Positions 19,424 to 29,156 of a DNA stretch of 64,000 nucleotides are shown here, piece after piece. The DNA is taken from NCBI GenBank assembly GCA_964600255.1, contig CAZRIX010000001.1, positions 43,948-107,947 of the forward strand, in the 5' to 3' direction. Source of the stretch: an uncultured Candidatus Saccharibacteria bacterium (lineage in GTDB: Bacteria > Patescibacteriota > Minisyncoccia > Phycocordibacterales > PALSA-1337). Each line of letters opens with the position of its first letter. Within the stretch, counting starts at the first letter, position 1. Both the position numbers and the translations under genes were made by a program. Below the pieces are notes generated by a model. It did not search any database. It saw only the letters and a program-made list of their open reading frames with translations, and was not told the origin of the DNA.

Positions 19424-19795
19424 CTATATATTAGAATTAATCGTAGGGTCCTGTATTCTCAAATTGTTAAAATTTGGTCTTTGATCTTCAGAGAATCTAA
19501 ATGTATTTACTAGAAGATATACCATTCCCCAAATAGACAAAATCGCAAATAGACCAATAACACCATAAAGTATAGCATCACCACCCTTCTTGCGAGCATC
19601 CTCATCGTCACTACCTGCGATTAGGTATCTGACAACATTTACGATTATAAATACTACAGCCAGTGAAATTGCTAACTGGATTACAAGATTACCAATGTTT
19701 ACACTCTTCTGCGCCACATCATTAATATCTCGTAGCTGTTGTGCTGATGCAAATGCTGGAAATAGGATTGTTGTTAGAGTAAGTATTTTTTTCAT
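19424..19795 (-). CDS. VirB2/TrbC-like two-TM pilin-family protein, paralog 3
   Basis: Same architecture. Loop AGSDDEDARKKGGDAILYGVIGLFAIL. Confidence 0.55.
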   Translation of the reverse strand: MKKILTLTTILFPAFASAQQLRDINDVAQKSVNIGNLVIQLAISLAVVFIIVNVVRYLIAGSDDEDARKKGGDAILYGVIGLFAILSIWGMVYLLVNTFRFSEDQRPNFNNLRIQDPTINSNI

Positions 19796-19802
19796 ATTTT
19801 AT

Positions 19803-20411
19803 TTAATTACCTGATGGGTCCGAACCTGTAGCACCGGATTCTGATGGTTGTGTACCACCAGTACTAGGTGACCCACTCGGAGAGTTTGATGTACTACCAG
19901 ATCCGCTACCATTTGAATTCCCTGTTGCTGGCGATCCGCTTGGTCCATTGAAAACATTACCTGAACCGCTTGGAGGGTTTGTTGTTCCACTAGTGCCACT
20001 TGAAGGGTTTGTTGTAGCTCCACTCACACTTGGAACTGTATTACCACCAGATGTACTGCCACCACCGCCATTGAAATTCACAAATGATGGTACGGTTCCT
20101 GGTTGTCTACTATCTAACTGTAGTGTATTAGTAAATATTGCGACTATTCCCCAGAACGAAAGTATTACAAAGAATCCAATTACACTGAATAATACGTACT
20201 TACCTGCTTCAGTTCTGTCCTTTTCAGTAAAGAAGTAGATGAATACATTCCAAACAAACACCACAACGGCAAGACCTATGATCAGTGATAAGGCTATGTT
20301 TAGATATTCAGCTACTAGACGCGCTAGATCCTTCAGTGACTTGCCCTGCGCAAAAGTAAAACCGGGTAAAAGTAGTGTTAATAGTAATAATTTGCTTTGT
20401 AATTTATTCAT
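19803..20411 (-). CDS. VirB2/TrbC-like two-TM pilin-family protein with Gly/Ser/Thr/Pro-rich C-terminal tail, paralog 4
   Basis: Signal peptide. TM. TEKDRTEAGKYVLFSVIGFFVIL loop and TM. Then a ~100-aa low-complexity GSTPN tail. Confidence 0.5.
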   Translation of the reverse strand: MNKLQSKLLLLTLLLPGFTFAQGKSLKDLARLVAEYLNIALSLIIGLAVVVFVWNVFIYFFTEKDRTEAGKYVLFSVIGFFVILSFWGIVAIFTNTLQLDSRQPGTVPSFVNFNGGGGSTSGGNTVPSVSGATTNPSSGTSGTTNPPSGSGNVFNGPSGSPATGNSNGSGSGSTSNSPSGSPSTGGTQPSESGATGSDPSGN

Positions 20412-20420
20412 AAATATTAA

Positions 20421-20846
20421 TTATTTTTTAAATTGCTGTTCAGTAACCAAACCCGCACTGATGAGTGTGGTCTTAACAACTTCTACCACAACCTTTGAAC
20501 TGATGAGTAAGGCAGTACCTATAACGGCATACATAAACCATTCTTTGGCTTCAGATATAGCACTATCATTACCCTGTGCCATTACAAATTTGAATCCTAT
20601 GTATATAAACATAAGCACGGCCACGATAGATCCAAGATATATCGCCAGATCAACAAGAGTCAGCAGAAGATCACTTATACTATTTACTTTGATTGGATTG
20701 TCGAGTTTGACCACTACTGGTGTCTTGTTGGCAGTTGTATCTAAATTACCTTTATTTGCGGTAGTATCAATAGCAGCATTTGTAATAGGAAAACTATACA
20801 CAAATCCGGAAATTAGTAGAATCGCAATAACTAGTATTTTTTTCAT
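20421..20846 (-). CDS. VirB2/TrbC-like two-TM pilin-family protein, paralog 5
   Basis: Signal peptide. TM. AQGNDSAISEAKEWFMYAVIGTALL loop and TM. Confidence 0.5.
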   Translation of the reverse strand: MKKILVIAILLISGFVYSFPITNAAIDTTANKGNLDTTANKTPVVVKLDNPIKVNSISDLLLTLVDLAIYLGSIVAVLMFIYIGFKFVMAQGNDSAISEAKEWFMYAVIGTALLISSKVVVEVVKTTLISAGLVTEQQFKK

Positions 20847-21298
20847 TTTGATGGTGTATTAATAAATGTACCGATCACAGTTTTATTCTTCTCTGTCACG
20901 AACCAGTTGACTACCGTGATAACTGAAATCCATGCTACAAGCATTATTATAAACCCCTTAGCCACTGATGGGAAGATCTTCTTTGCTGTACTTATATTAC
21001 CAGAAGTACCTGTCATATACAGAAGTCCTGCATAGGCCATAAGCACAGTGACTATTGGCACGGTTATGAAGAACAGCCAATTTATCGTTGATTTCACCAT
21101 ATTCATTAGTGCATTGAAATCACAAACTTGTTGTCTGTCTTTCTCTAATGGATTACCATTTATATCTTTAGCCACAACACCATCACACTTCACCAACCCG
21201 CTATAATCTAGCTTTACCGGCTGTGCATTCTGCGCAAAAGAAAATACTGGGACAATAAGAGATAAAAATATTGTAAGTGTTATTAGATATTTTTTCAT
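20843..21298 (-). CDS. VirB2/TrbC-like two-TM pilin-family protein, paralog 6
   Basis: Signal peptide ending SFAQN. TM. TGTSGNISTAKKIFPSVAKGFIIMLVAW loop and TM. Confidence 0.5.
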   Translation of the reverse strand: MKKYLITLTIFLSLIVPVFSFAQNAQPVKLDYSGLVKCDGVVAKDINGNPLEKDRQQVCDFNALMNMVKSTINWLFFITVPIVTVLMAYAGLLYMTGTSGNISTAKKIFPSVAKGFIIMLVAWISVITVVNWFVTEKNKTVIGTFINTPSK

Positions 21299-22587
21299 TT
21301 GTTTTGTAGTGATAGGTTAAGTTCATCACTTGCATTCTTGATCGCAGTATATGTATCCAAACGACCACTTGTGACAGATTGGACCATATTTGTAAATATT
21401 TGGTTTGATCTTACAGGGTCAGCGTCCAGCCAACCTCGTGAAATAAGCGCTGCATCCAAGAAGCTTGCCATATATGGATTGGTAGATCCTTGAGCTATTA
21501 CATCACGCCTAACTGATGGTAAAAATGTTATCTTGCTCAAGATAGACATAGCGTCGCCTGCTGTAAGTATTCGCATAACATTATATGTATTTGCTTGATT
21601 TTGTGAACTTTTTACCAATGACAATCCATACATATTTCCGTATGTAGTTCGTATTGTACCAGTTCTAGCTTGAGGTATCGGAGCAACATCGTAGTCTATG
21701 TTTGGATTCTTTTGCCTTAATTCATTTACCTCTGAAGCAAAACCAAAATATGTAGCCAGGGTTCCAGCTAGGAAACTTGCTTTTGATGATGGTAATGACC
21801 TATTCCAAGAATAGTGTGAATCTCTAGGATCTGAAAACTGAGTAAAGAAAGTCAGTGCAGGTGTAGAAGTTCTAGAACCTGAATATGAACTGTCACTTAG
21901 CCCACTCTGTATACCAGCTGAACCATATAGTGTTACAGGATTACCAGCCTGAAGGAATAGAGTGCTTAGGATTTCTCTAGCATGATCAATATTTGCGAAC
22001 TCTCCCATAGCTATAGAACTTCTTCTAATATTTGAATTGATATCCTTGATGTCTATTTTCTTTCCTATATTTGCAAACTCATCCCAATACACTGGGTACT
22101 TTGCTATACCTGCATTTGTAAACATTGTTCTATTCCAATACATGACCATAGGATCCACTAGGAAAGGAATAGCTGTGAAGCCTGTTTGTGTAATATACAA
22201 ATCTGATTGGCCAATAAATGTATCTTGATATGCACGCTGTGACAGTGCAGTGTTTGGAATCTCGATAATCTTATCTACTAGACCCAATATGTACTGCTGC
22301 GGTACTAGTATTGCGTCGGGGCCTCTACCATTTGCTAGCTCCTCTATGAACTGTCTTCTAAAGTCTGCTGCGGGTATTTGGACATAGTTGATACTCAATG
22401 CTGATGCACGTGTCTGGTTCAACTGATTGACCATCTCGGTAATAGTAGAAGATGGTAGAGTTCCCCATATCGTTACTGTTGGTAACTGAGTTGATGTATT
22501 ACTACTTTTGAATGTGGCGAAAGCAATAACTCCGATCACGATACAAAAAACAAAAACTCCAGTTAAAATTATTTGAAATTTACTCAT
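21295..22587 (-). CDS. Membrane-anchored protein with periplasmic solute-binding-protein-like fold
   Basis: N-terminal TM anchor, then a ~400-aa alpha/beta domain of SBP-like composition. No ABC permease nearby. Start and stop overlap the flanking genes. Confidence 0.35.
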   Translation of the reverse strand: MSKFQIILTGVFVFCIVIGVIAFATFKSSNTSTQLPTVTIWGTLPSSTITEMVNQLNQTRASALSINYVQIPAADFRRQFIEELANGRGPDAILVPQQYILGLVDKIIEIPNTALSQRAYQDTFIGQSDLYITQTGFTAIPFLVDPMVMYWNRTMFTNAGIAKYPVYWDEFANIGKKIDIKDINSNIRRSSIAMGEFANIDHAREILSTLFLQAGNPVTLYGSAGIQSGLSDSSYSGSRTSTPALTFFTQFSDPRDSHYSWNRSLPSSKASFLAGTLATYFGFASEVNELRQKNPNIDYDVAPIPQARTGTIRTTYGNMYGLSLVKSSQNQANTYNVMRILTAGDAMSILSKITFLPSVRRDVIAQGSTNPYMASFLDAALISRGWLDADPVRSNQIFTNMVQSVTSGRLDTYTAIKNASDELNLSLQNK

Positions 22588-23108
22588 TGTTTTTTAAATA
22601 TAATACCATAATGATGATCTCCGGCATCAAAAGTCTTCTCTATTGTAAGACCTACCTTTTGGAAAATACCTTCAGCAAGCATCTGTGGAACTAGTGTCTT
22701 TGGACTCAATGGACTTCCAGATGACCAATCGATAACTAGAAGCTTACCTCCGGACTTCAGAAGTCTCTTTACCTCAAGTGCTAGGTTGTCTCTATCTGCA
22801 ACTTCTATTTGGAAGAGTGTATTTGAAAGAATTACACGATCAGCGATCGCTTCACGAAGTTTTGTTCCACCTAGTTTTTCTATATTACCCCAAACAACCT
22901 CGATATTGCGTAGACCGGCAAGTGCCCCACTGTTTTTAATCTTGTTCAAAAGATCTTGTTGAACATCTACTGCATATACTCGTCCAGAAGCACCGGCTTT
23001 CTTGGCTGCTTCTATTGTATAGAAACCTGATCCAGCACCTAGGTCGACAACTTTCATACCATGGTCGATACCTAACATTGCTATATTTTTTTGAGGGTCA
23101 GAAAACAT
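22584..23108 (-). CDS. Class I SAM-dependent methyltransferase
   Basis: VVDLGAGSGFYT glycine-rich SAM motif. Acidic residue after strand 2 (AVDVQ). Confidence 0.65.
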   Translation of the reverse strand: MFSDPQKNIAMLGIDHGMKVVDLGAGSGFYTIEAAKKAGASGRVYAVDVQQDLLNKIKNSGALAGLRNIEVVWGNIEKLGGTKLREAIADRVILSNTLFQIEVADRDNLALEVKRLLKSGGKLLVIDWSSGSPLSPKTLVPQMLAEGIFQKVGLTIEKTFDAGDHHYGIIFKKQ

Positions 23109-23293
23109 GCAATTATTATAACATAGGAAATAAAAAACAAGAGCGATTTAAGATATTGTATGCAAAAGAGAATGAAATATACGCCTCAGGACACGCACTA
23201 TCGCCTACTGGCGATGTACTAGTTCTCGACGTCTCCACGTCTCCGAAATGTCCTTCGTCATACATTTCATTCTCTCTTCTTTTTTACCAACAA

Positions 23294-25774
23294 TTATAAA
23301 CAAATAAGTGACGCCAATGAATCCCCATCTCTTAGCTTCATCACACGCACTCCTTGAGTTGAACGGCCTAGAGTTGGAATTTCATTTAGATTTACACGGA
23401 TAACTTGACTCTTCTTTGACATTGCCACCATTTCTTCGATCTCATCTGTAACAACCTTTGCAGCAATCAATGGACCTGTCTTGTCTGTGACGTTCATAGT
23501 TAGAATACCTGAGCCACCACGATTCTGTGTCTTGTATTCTTCAAGTTTTGTTTTCTTTCCATATCCATGAGCACCCATTACGAATAGTTTTGGATTCTTT
23601 GCGTCCTTTGATACAACATCAGCACTGATAACCGCATCGTCTTTACCAAGCTTTATCACACGAACTCCGGCTGCATTTCTGCCCATCTCACGAACGTCTT
23701 CAGCTTCGAAGCGGATTGATTGACCGTCACGAGTTGCAATAACCACATCATCATTCTTTGATACAAATGATGCAGACATTAGCTCATCACCATCTTCTAG
23801 TGTGATAGCGATCAAACCAGAACGACGAACGTCATGGAAATGTGTAGCTGAACTCTTCTTTCCTGTTCCATTCTTTGTAACCATCATCAAAGCTAGACCA
23901 TCTGCTTCCTTTTTGTTCTTTGGCATTGGCAAAATAGATGTGATTTTCTCTGATTCTGAAAGTGATAGGAAATTCATCACTGACTTACCACGAGTAGCTC
24001 TTTTACCCTCTGGAAGATCGTACATTTTGATCTGATATGCCTTTCCTTTATCTGTAAAGAAAAGAAGATCGTTGTGAGCATTGGCATAAACTAGGTGAGT
24101 AATGAAATCCTCTTCCTTTGTATCTAGATCAACAACTCCAACACCGCCACGCTTCTGCTGGCGATATTCATCTGGATTTGTGCGCTTTATGTAACCTCCC
24201 TTTGTAAGGACAAGTACACTTTCCTGATCTGGAATCAAATCTTCTGGATTGAAATCCTTTAGACCATGCTTTATCAAACGAGTACGTCTCTCGTCACCAT
24301 ACTTTGCCTTTATTTCAACCAATTCATCACGTATGATTCCGCGGATCTTTTTCTCACTACCTAGAATCTCTTTCAGCTTAGCGATAAGTTCCTGGATCTC
24401 AGCCAATTCATCTAGAACTTTCTTTCTCTCTAGACCAGCGAGCTTTTGCAAACGCATTTCAAGAATAGCTGTAGCTTGCTTTTCTGAGAATTTGAACTTT
24501 TTCATCAAATTAGCATGAGCCTCAACAGCATCCTTTGAACTACGGATCAAAGTTATGATTTCATCGATATGATCTAGAGCCTTTTTCAAGCCTAATAGAA
24601 TATGCTCGCGCTCTTCTGCTTTATTCAAATCAAATTGTGTACGACGGCGAACAACCTCAACTCTGTGTAGGATGAATTCTTCTAGGATAGACTTTAGAGA
24701 TAGAGTTTGAGGAACACCGTTTACCAGAGCAACTGTATTTACATGGAAAGTATCTTCGAGTTGAGTATGCTTGTAGATGTAGTTTAAAACCTTTTCTGGA
24801 TATGCACCGTTCTTGAGATCGATAACGATACGCATCTCTTTGTCTGATTCATCACGAAGACCCTTGATACCTTCGATAGCTTTGTCGCGAACTAGGTCTG
24901 CGATTCTCACTATCAATTCTGACTTGTTTACACGGTATGGAATTGAACTGATGATGATTTGGAATTGACCTTTCTTGTCTTCAACTATTTCTGCTTCACC
25001 ACGAACAACGATCCCTCCACGACCTGTTGAATATGCATGCTGGATATCCTTTTCTCCATACATAATTCCTCCAGTTGGGAAATCTGGACCCTTAATGAAT
25101 TGCAGTAGATCTTCTGTAGTTGCATTTTTGTTTTCTATCAAATGAGTAGTTGCATCTACAACCTCACCTAGGTTGTGAGGAGCTATATTTGTTGCCATAC
25201 CCACAGCAATACCCAAAGTTCCATTCAAAAGTAGGTTTGGAACAGCGGTTGGTAGAACTACTGGCTCTTTGCGTGTACCGTCGTAGTTTGGACGGAACTC
25301 CACAGTATCTTTCTCAATATCACGAAGAAGTTCAGCAGCAGGACGAGACATCTTGGCCTCGGTATAACGCATAGCAGCTGCTGGATCTCCGTCAATGTTA
25401 CCGAAGTTACCTTGACCTTGGATTAGCTGATATCTCATCTTAAAATCCTGAGCCATACCTACCATAGAATCGTAAACAGCAACGTCACCGTGAGGGTGGT
25501 AGTTACCAAGCACGTCTCCCACAACAACGGCAGACTTACGGAACTTTGCAGAGGCGGTTAGTCCCTTTTCATGCATTGCATAAAGGATTCTGCGGTGCAC
25601 AGGCTTCAAACCATCACGAACATCTGGAAGTGCACGTGCAGTAATAACTGACATGGCATAGTCCAAGTATGACTCACGCATTTCGGCCGTTATGTTTCTT
25701 GCGACAATTCCAAGCGCTGGATCTCGAGCTTCTGGAGCATCATTCTTCTCAGTTATTTCTGGTTTTTTTGCCAT
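23294..25774 (-). CDS. gyrA: DNA gyrase subunit A
   Basis: [15 protein letters not shown] signature. Active-site Tyr region. C-terminal beta-pinwheel repeats. 826 aa. Confidence 0.9.
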   Translation of the reverse strand: MAKKPEITEKNDAPEARDPALGIVARNITAEMRESYLDYAMSVITARALPDVRDGLKPVHRRILYAMHEKGLTASAKFRKSAVVVGDVLGNYHPHGDVAVYDSMVGMAQDFKMRYQLIQGQGNFGNIDGDPAAAMRYTEAKMSRPAAELLRDIEKDTVEFRPNYDGTRKEPVVLPTAVPNLLLNGTLGIAVGMATNIAPHNLGEVVDATTHLIENKNATTEDLLQFIKGPDFPTGGIMYGEKDIQHAYSTGRGGIVVRGEAEIVEDKKGQFQIIISSIPYRVNKSELIVRIADLVRDKAIEGIKGLRDESDKEMRIVIDLKNGAYPEKVLNYIYKHTQLEDTFHVNTVALVNGVPQTLSLKSILEEFILHRVEVVRRRTQFDLNKAEEREHILLGLKKALDHIDEIITLIRSSKDAVEAHANLMKKFKFSEKQATAILEMRLQKLAGLERKKVLDELAEIQELIAKLKEILGSEKKIRGIIRDELVEIKAKYGDERRTRLIKHGLKDFNPEDLIPDQESVLVLTKGGYIKRTNPDEYRQQKRGGVGVVDLDTKEEDFITHLVYANAHNDLLFFTDKGKAYQIKMYDLPEGKRATRGKSVMNFLSLSESEKITSILPMPKNKKEADGLALMMVTKNGTGKKSSATHFHDVRRSGLIAITLEDGDELMSASFVSKNDDVVIATRDGQSIRFEAEDVREMGRNAAGVRVIKLGKDDAVISADVVSKDAKNPKLFVMGAHGYGKKTKLEEYKTQNRGGSGILTMNVTDKTGPLIAAKVVTDEIEEMVAMSKKSQVIRVNLNEIPTLGRSTQGVRVMKLRDGDSLASLICL

Positions 25775-25887
25775 GGTTTTGTTGTGTTTTTGATAATTTT
25801 ATTTGGAAAGTATAGCAAAAAAATGGAGTTTTGTCGCGGTTATGTCTGTATTGACTTTGTGCCAAATAAATGTTATGATATGGTCTG

Positions 25888-26163
25888 ATGAAAAGAATTC
25901 AAATGGTGGGTGTCGCCATTGCTGCATACACTCTCTTAATTACAGTGGAGTACCTTTACCTAAATATATGGTGGTCGATGCCGATTTGGTTATTATCGGG
26001 CGTGACTGCATATAGACTCTCTAACCAGAAGGAGAGTCGCTACGCAATAATGATCCTGTCCTGCATCGCAGGACTGTTCTCTCTCGCCTATCTACTCGGA
26101 TACGTAGTGGCAGAGTACGACATAGAGAGAATTACAAACCCCGGTAAAAAAACCGGGGCATAA
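25888..26163 (+). CDS. Small hypothetical membrane protein
   Basis: 91-aa ORF with two hydrophobic helices. TTGACT-17-TATGAT promoter upstream. Stem-loops plus T-run downstream at 26140-26210. Confidence 0.4.
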   Translation: MKRIQMVGVAIAAYTLLITVEYLYLNIWWSMPIWLLSGVTAYRLSNQKESRYAIMILSCIAGLFSLAYLLGYVVAEYDIERITNPGKKTGA

Positions 26164-26220
26164 TCAAATTTCGCCCGCGGCACATCAAGTGTTCCGGGCG
26201 ATATTCTTTTTATAAACAAA

Positions 26221-26565
26221 CTATCTCTCCCCTCCTACAATTTCTATTTGCGATGAATACTCTGTTTTGTTTGATCCGAAGATAATACTCTTTACATCAT
26301 CAAAAACTCCAACAGCAGAAGCACTGAGTGAAGAAATTGGTGAATCTACTTTTGCACTTTGTGTCTCTTTCGAATTTGTCTGTGCACCATTTACATCCTT
26401 TGTGGTATTTGCACTTGTATCTGCTAGTACTGGAGAATTGCTAAATCCATATGAAGCAATCCATCCTACAAAAATTAGAGCTGATATAGAAAAAGAAACG
26501 ACAAAGGCATATTTCCTTCGAATATGCTCTGGTTTGCCCTTCATTTTCTCTATGTGTTCAAACAT
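26221..26565 (-). CDS. Hypothetical membrane-anchored protein
   Basis: N-terminal TM (FVVSFSISALIFVGWIASYGF) followed by a Ser/Thr-rich segment. Confidence 0.35.
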   Translation of the reverse strand: MFEHIEKMKGKPEHIRRKYAFVVSFSISALIFVGWIASYGFSNSPVLADTSANTTKDVNGAQTNSKETQSAKVDSPISSLSASAVGVFDDVKSIIFGSNKTEYSSQIEIVGGER

Positions 26566-26637
26566 GTATATATTTTATCACAGAAATCTTTTGCAAACAT
26601 CAACGTAACGGAAATATTCTAGCGGTAGATGAATGTA

Positions 26638-27357
26638 CTACTCATTTACAGAATCCAAAAGCACAATATCACCTTCTTTTCCTTCTAGATCCTTTTTCTT
26701 TAGAGTAAGCTTTGGCTCAGACTTTGGATTCTCCCCTGCTTCTTTTAGGAAAACCTTCAGAGCGTCTTTTTCTCCAATATCACCAAAATGCATTGGGATT
26801 ATAATCTTTGGTTCAAGTGATACGGCTAGCTTGTAAGCCTTTGCAGGATCGAGCACACCATCTCCACCAATTGGAACGAATAGAATATCGATCTCGTCTA
26901 GAGCCTCGACAGTTTCATTCTTTAGCTCAGCGCTATTGTTTGCACCCAAGAAACAAATGTTCATATTCTCAAGAGATACTGTATATATAGTATTTACCAA
27001 ATCTTTGCCACCGTATTTAGACTCTGAAGGAAGGCCTTTGATGAAAACTTCCTTTACCTCATATTCACCGGGACCTGATATTACGAAAGGTTTCTTTTCT
27101 CCGTGAGTCACCTGATCTACTCCATTGAAGTCCTCATGATATGTACTTGTAAGAACAATGTCGGCTCCGAAGCGACTAGACTTTAACTTTGACTCTTTAG
27201 AAATAGGATTAAAAGCAAGCGTTGTATCGCCAAACTGTACCTTAAAAAATTCACCTCCGTAATATGTAATAATCATAGTGAGTGCATTATAACAGAAAGA
27301 TATGATATCGTTAATACATGCAAGAAAATATCTGGGAAAAGGAATATCGCGATCCAA
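26638..27357 (-). CDS. MBL-fold metal-dependent hydrolase (UPF0173-like)
   Basis: ILFVPIGGDG...IIIPMHFGD pattern typical of the metallo-beta-lactamase superfamily. Confidence 0.55.
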   Translation of the reverse strand: MDRDIPFPRYFLACINDIISFCYNALTMIITYYGGEFFKVQFGDTTLAFNPISKESKLKSSRFGADIVLTSTYHEDFNGVDQVTHGEKKPFVISGPGEYEVKEVFIKGLPSESKYGGKDLVNTIYTVSLENMNICFLGANNSAELKNETVEALDEIDILFVPIGGDGVLDPAKAYKLAVSLEPKIIIPMHFGDIGEKDALKVFLKEAGENPKSEPKLTLKKKDLEGKEGDIVLLDSVNE

Positions 27358-27992
27358 CCTTGGTTAGTCTAAGTGACGTACCTGCACAATGTGTGAGGGA
27401 TTTTGCGCGTTTCTTGAGAAAGGAGAAAAAAATAGAGCTAGACAATCTCAATATTCTCGATCTTGGCTGTGGAAATGGCAAGAATAGTCACTATATAGCC
27501 GAGCAAGGTTTGAACAATAAGATTACAGGCATAGAAATATCTGATACCGTTCTCAATCATGCTCGTAAGCTCGTTCCAAATGGGAATTTCATAAAGCAAA
27601 GTATAGGGATCAAATGGCCAGTAGCTGATCAGAGTTTTGATATCGTTCTAGATGTCACTTGTTCAAATTCATTAAATGAACAAGAAAGAGCCGTCTATTT
27701 ATCTGAATTACAAAGAAGCCTGAAGCCTGGTGGTTACTTTTTCCTTAGAGCACTTTGCAAAGATGGGGACAAAAACGCACAGAATTTACTAAAAACAAAT
27801 CCAGGTACAGAGAAAGACACGTATATAATGCCAGGATTAAGATTAACTGAGAGAGTTTTCTCTAAGGAAGACCTGTTGGCGACGTATTCTAGTCTAGGTG
27901 AGCCTTTGTATTTGGACAAAGAAGTCCATTATACGCAGTTCGGAGGAAAGTCTTATAAAAGAAATTTCTGGGTTGGGGTGTGGGGGAAGTAA
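27318..27992 (+). CDS. Class I SAM-dependent methyltransferase
   Basis: ILDLGCGNGKNSHYIA motif I. Acidic motif II IEISD. Confidence 0.6.
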   Translation: MQENIWEKEYRDPTLVSLSDVPAQCVRDFARFLRKEKKIELDNLNILDLGCGNGKNSHYIAEQGLNNKITGIEISDTVLNHARKLVPNGNFIKQSIGIKWPVADQSFDIVLDVTCSNSLNEQERAVYLSELQRSLKPGGYFFLRALCKDGDKNAQNLLKTNPGTEKDTYIMPGLRLTERVFSKEDLLATYSSLGEPLYLDKEVHYTQFGGKSYKRNFWVGVWGK

Positions 27993-28000
27993 ATAGACGA

Positions 28001-28624
28001 TTATTTATCCAGAGATTCTACTGGTCGGAAACTGAAGTCTCGGATTATCCAATTTGCCCATTGTACATTATCTGGATATTTCTTACTCTTTATTAAATAG
28101 TGAATAATCAGTTTCTTCCCTACAGGATTTTCCACCAAAACATAATTGTACATGTCGTTATCTCTCAGAGCGTAACCTGTACCATTTTCTCCATTAAATT
28201 TATCTTCTAAGGTAAATGAATACGCGGGATTACCAGCAAAAGTTATTTGCTTCAAATCTCCAACCTTTGGATCATTACTTTTACTACTATCATCCAACTG
28301 CATGTTTCTAATACGTTGAGCATATTCTAAAAGTGGAGTTGTTGTTGGCTCATTAAGATCAACATTTATAGAGAAAATTTCACTTTCACCTGGAATTTCG
28401 AGATAAATATCTTTTTGAACCTCGAGAGAATTTCTGCCGTAATCATTGTCTGTACCCATTTTCATAAAAGATGGATAATCTAAAATGTATCTGTAAGTAT
28501 TGTTCATATACCTAAAAGAACTTTCTACCTTCCTCTTTTCTTTAGTGCTAGATAAATTTACCAGAGTCAAAACGACAGCTAGTAATATTAGTAATATAAA
28601 CAATAACGTTAAATTTTTCTTCAT
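28001..28624 (-). CDS. Hypothetical exported or lipo-protein
   Basis: N-terminal signal/TM segment LTLLFILLILLAVVLTLVNL. No recognisable motif. Confidence 0.4.
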   Translation of the reverse strand: MKKNLTLLFILLILLAVVLTLVNLSSTKEKRKVESSFRYMNNTYRYILDYPSFMKMGTDNDYGRNSLEVQKDIYLEIPGESEIFSINVDLNEPTTTPLLEYAQRIRNMQLDDSSKSNDPKVGDLKQITFAGNPAYSFTLEDKFNGENGTGYALRDNDMYNYVLVENPVGKKLIIHYLIKSKKYPDNVQWANWIIRDFSFRPVESLDK

Positions 28625-28670
28625 TATAATTAAATACTAGCACTAATTAAAAATTTAAGGAAGAATTAAA

Positions 28671-28760
28671 TTGACTTTGAGCATGACTCGGCTATAATTT
28701 GTACATTATACGGACATGGTCGCATCGAGATTCCCCGCCTTAAAGCGGGGTTTCGTTTTA
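28671..28760 (+). ncRNA. Candidate small RNA unit: promoter TTGACT-16-TATAAT plus ~55-nt transcript ending in an intrinsic terminator
   Basis: TTGACT at 28671-28676. TATAAT at 28693-28698. CCCCGCC-TTAAA-GCGGGG hairpin at 28733-28750 followed by TTTCGTTTT. No ORF between them. Confidence 0.35.
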
Positions 28761-29156
28761 TATAAAAGAGTTCATGCTTTTCTCCTTTATTAATTCAAAT
28801 TCTACTTCTCCAAGTCTCCTGATTAATCTAAGTAACCTGTTTGAGCTGTAAGATCTGATTTGATTCAATAATATGTAATTTAACTCCCCTTTATATAGTA
28901 TTGTGTATTTTAAATCTCTCTTATTTTTCTGTGATGTAATCGGTAAACCGATAAATGAATTTTCATTGAACTTCTTTAAAATTAAAACTGGTCTTTCAAA
29001 ATTATCATGTTTCCCATCAATCTCATTTCCGATATTTACTCCTGTTGATGTCCACCAAATTTCTCTATCCAAGAAAAAGAAAGAGTCTGGTAATACCCTC
29101 TTGTTTAGATCTTTTTTCTTATTGTTCCATTTATCATAATCCTTCTCATAACCCAT
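28758..29156 (-). CDS. PemK/MazF-family endoribonuclease toxin
   Basis: REIWW...ERPVLIL...FIGLPITS...LNQIRSY.. parallels Kid/MazF (GEIWLV, RPVLIV, LPVVPVTS, C-terminal RxxD). No antitoxin ORF adjacent. Confidence 0.65.
   Translation of the reverse strand: MGYEKDYDKWNNKKKDLNKRVLPDSFFFLDREIWWTSTGVNIGNEIDGKHDNFERPVLILKKFNENSFIGLPITSQKNKRDLKYTILYKGELNYILLNQIRSYSSNRLLRLIRRLGEVEFELIKEKSMNSFI

Noticed and set aside
19799-20862. ORFs antisense to the pilin array (19799..20023 minus-frame, 19948..20238 +, 20239..20862 +)
   Set aside because: They overlap six well-supported paralogous genes on the other strand. Low-complexity translation.
27318-27357. 40-nt divergent overlap of the MBL hydrolase and methyltransferase start codons
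   Set aside because: Most likely one start codon is mis-called (a downstream Met in either gene). Not treated as a real overlap feature.
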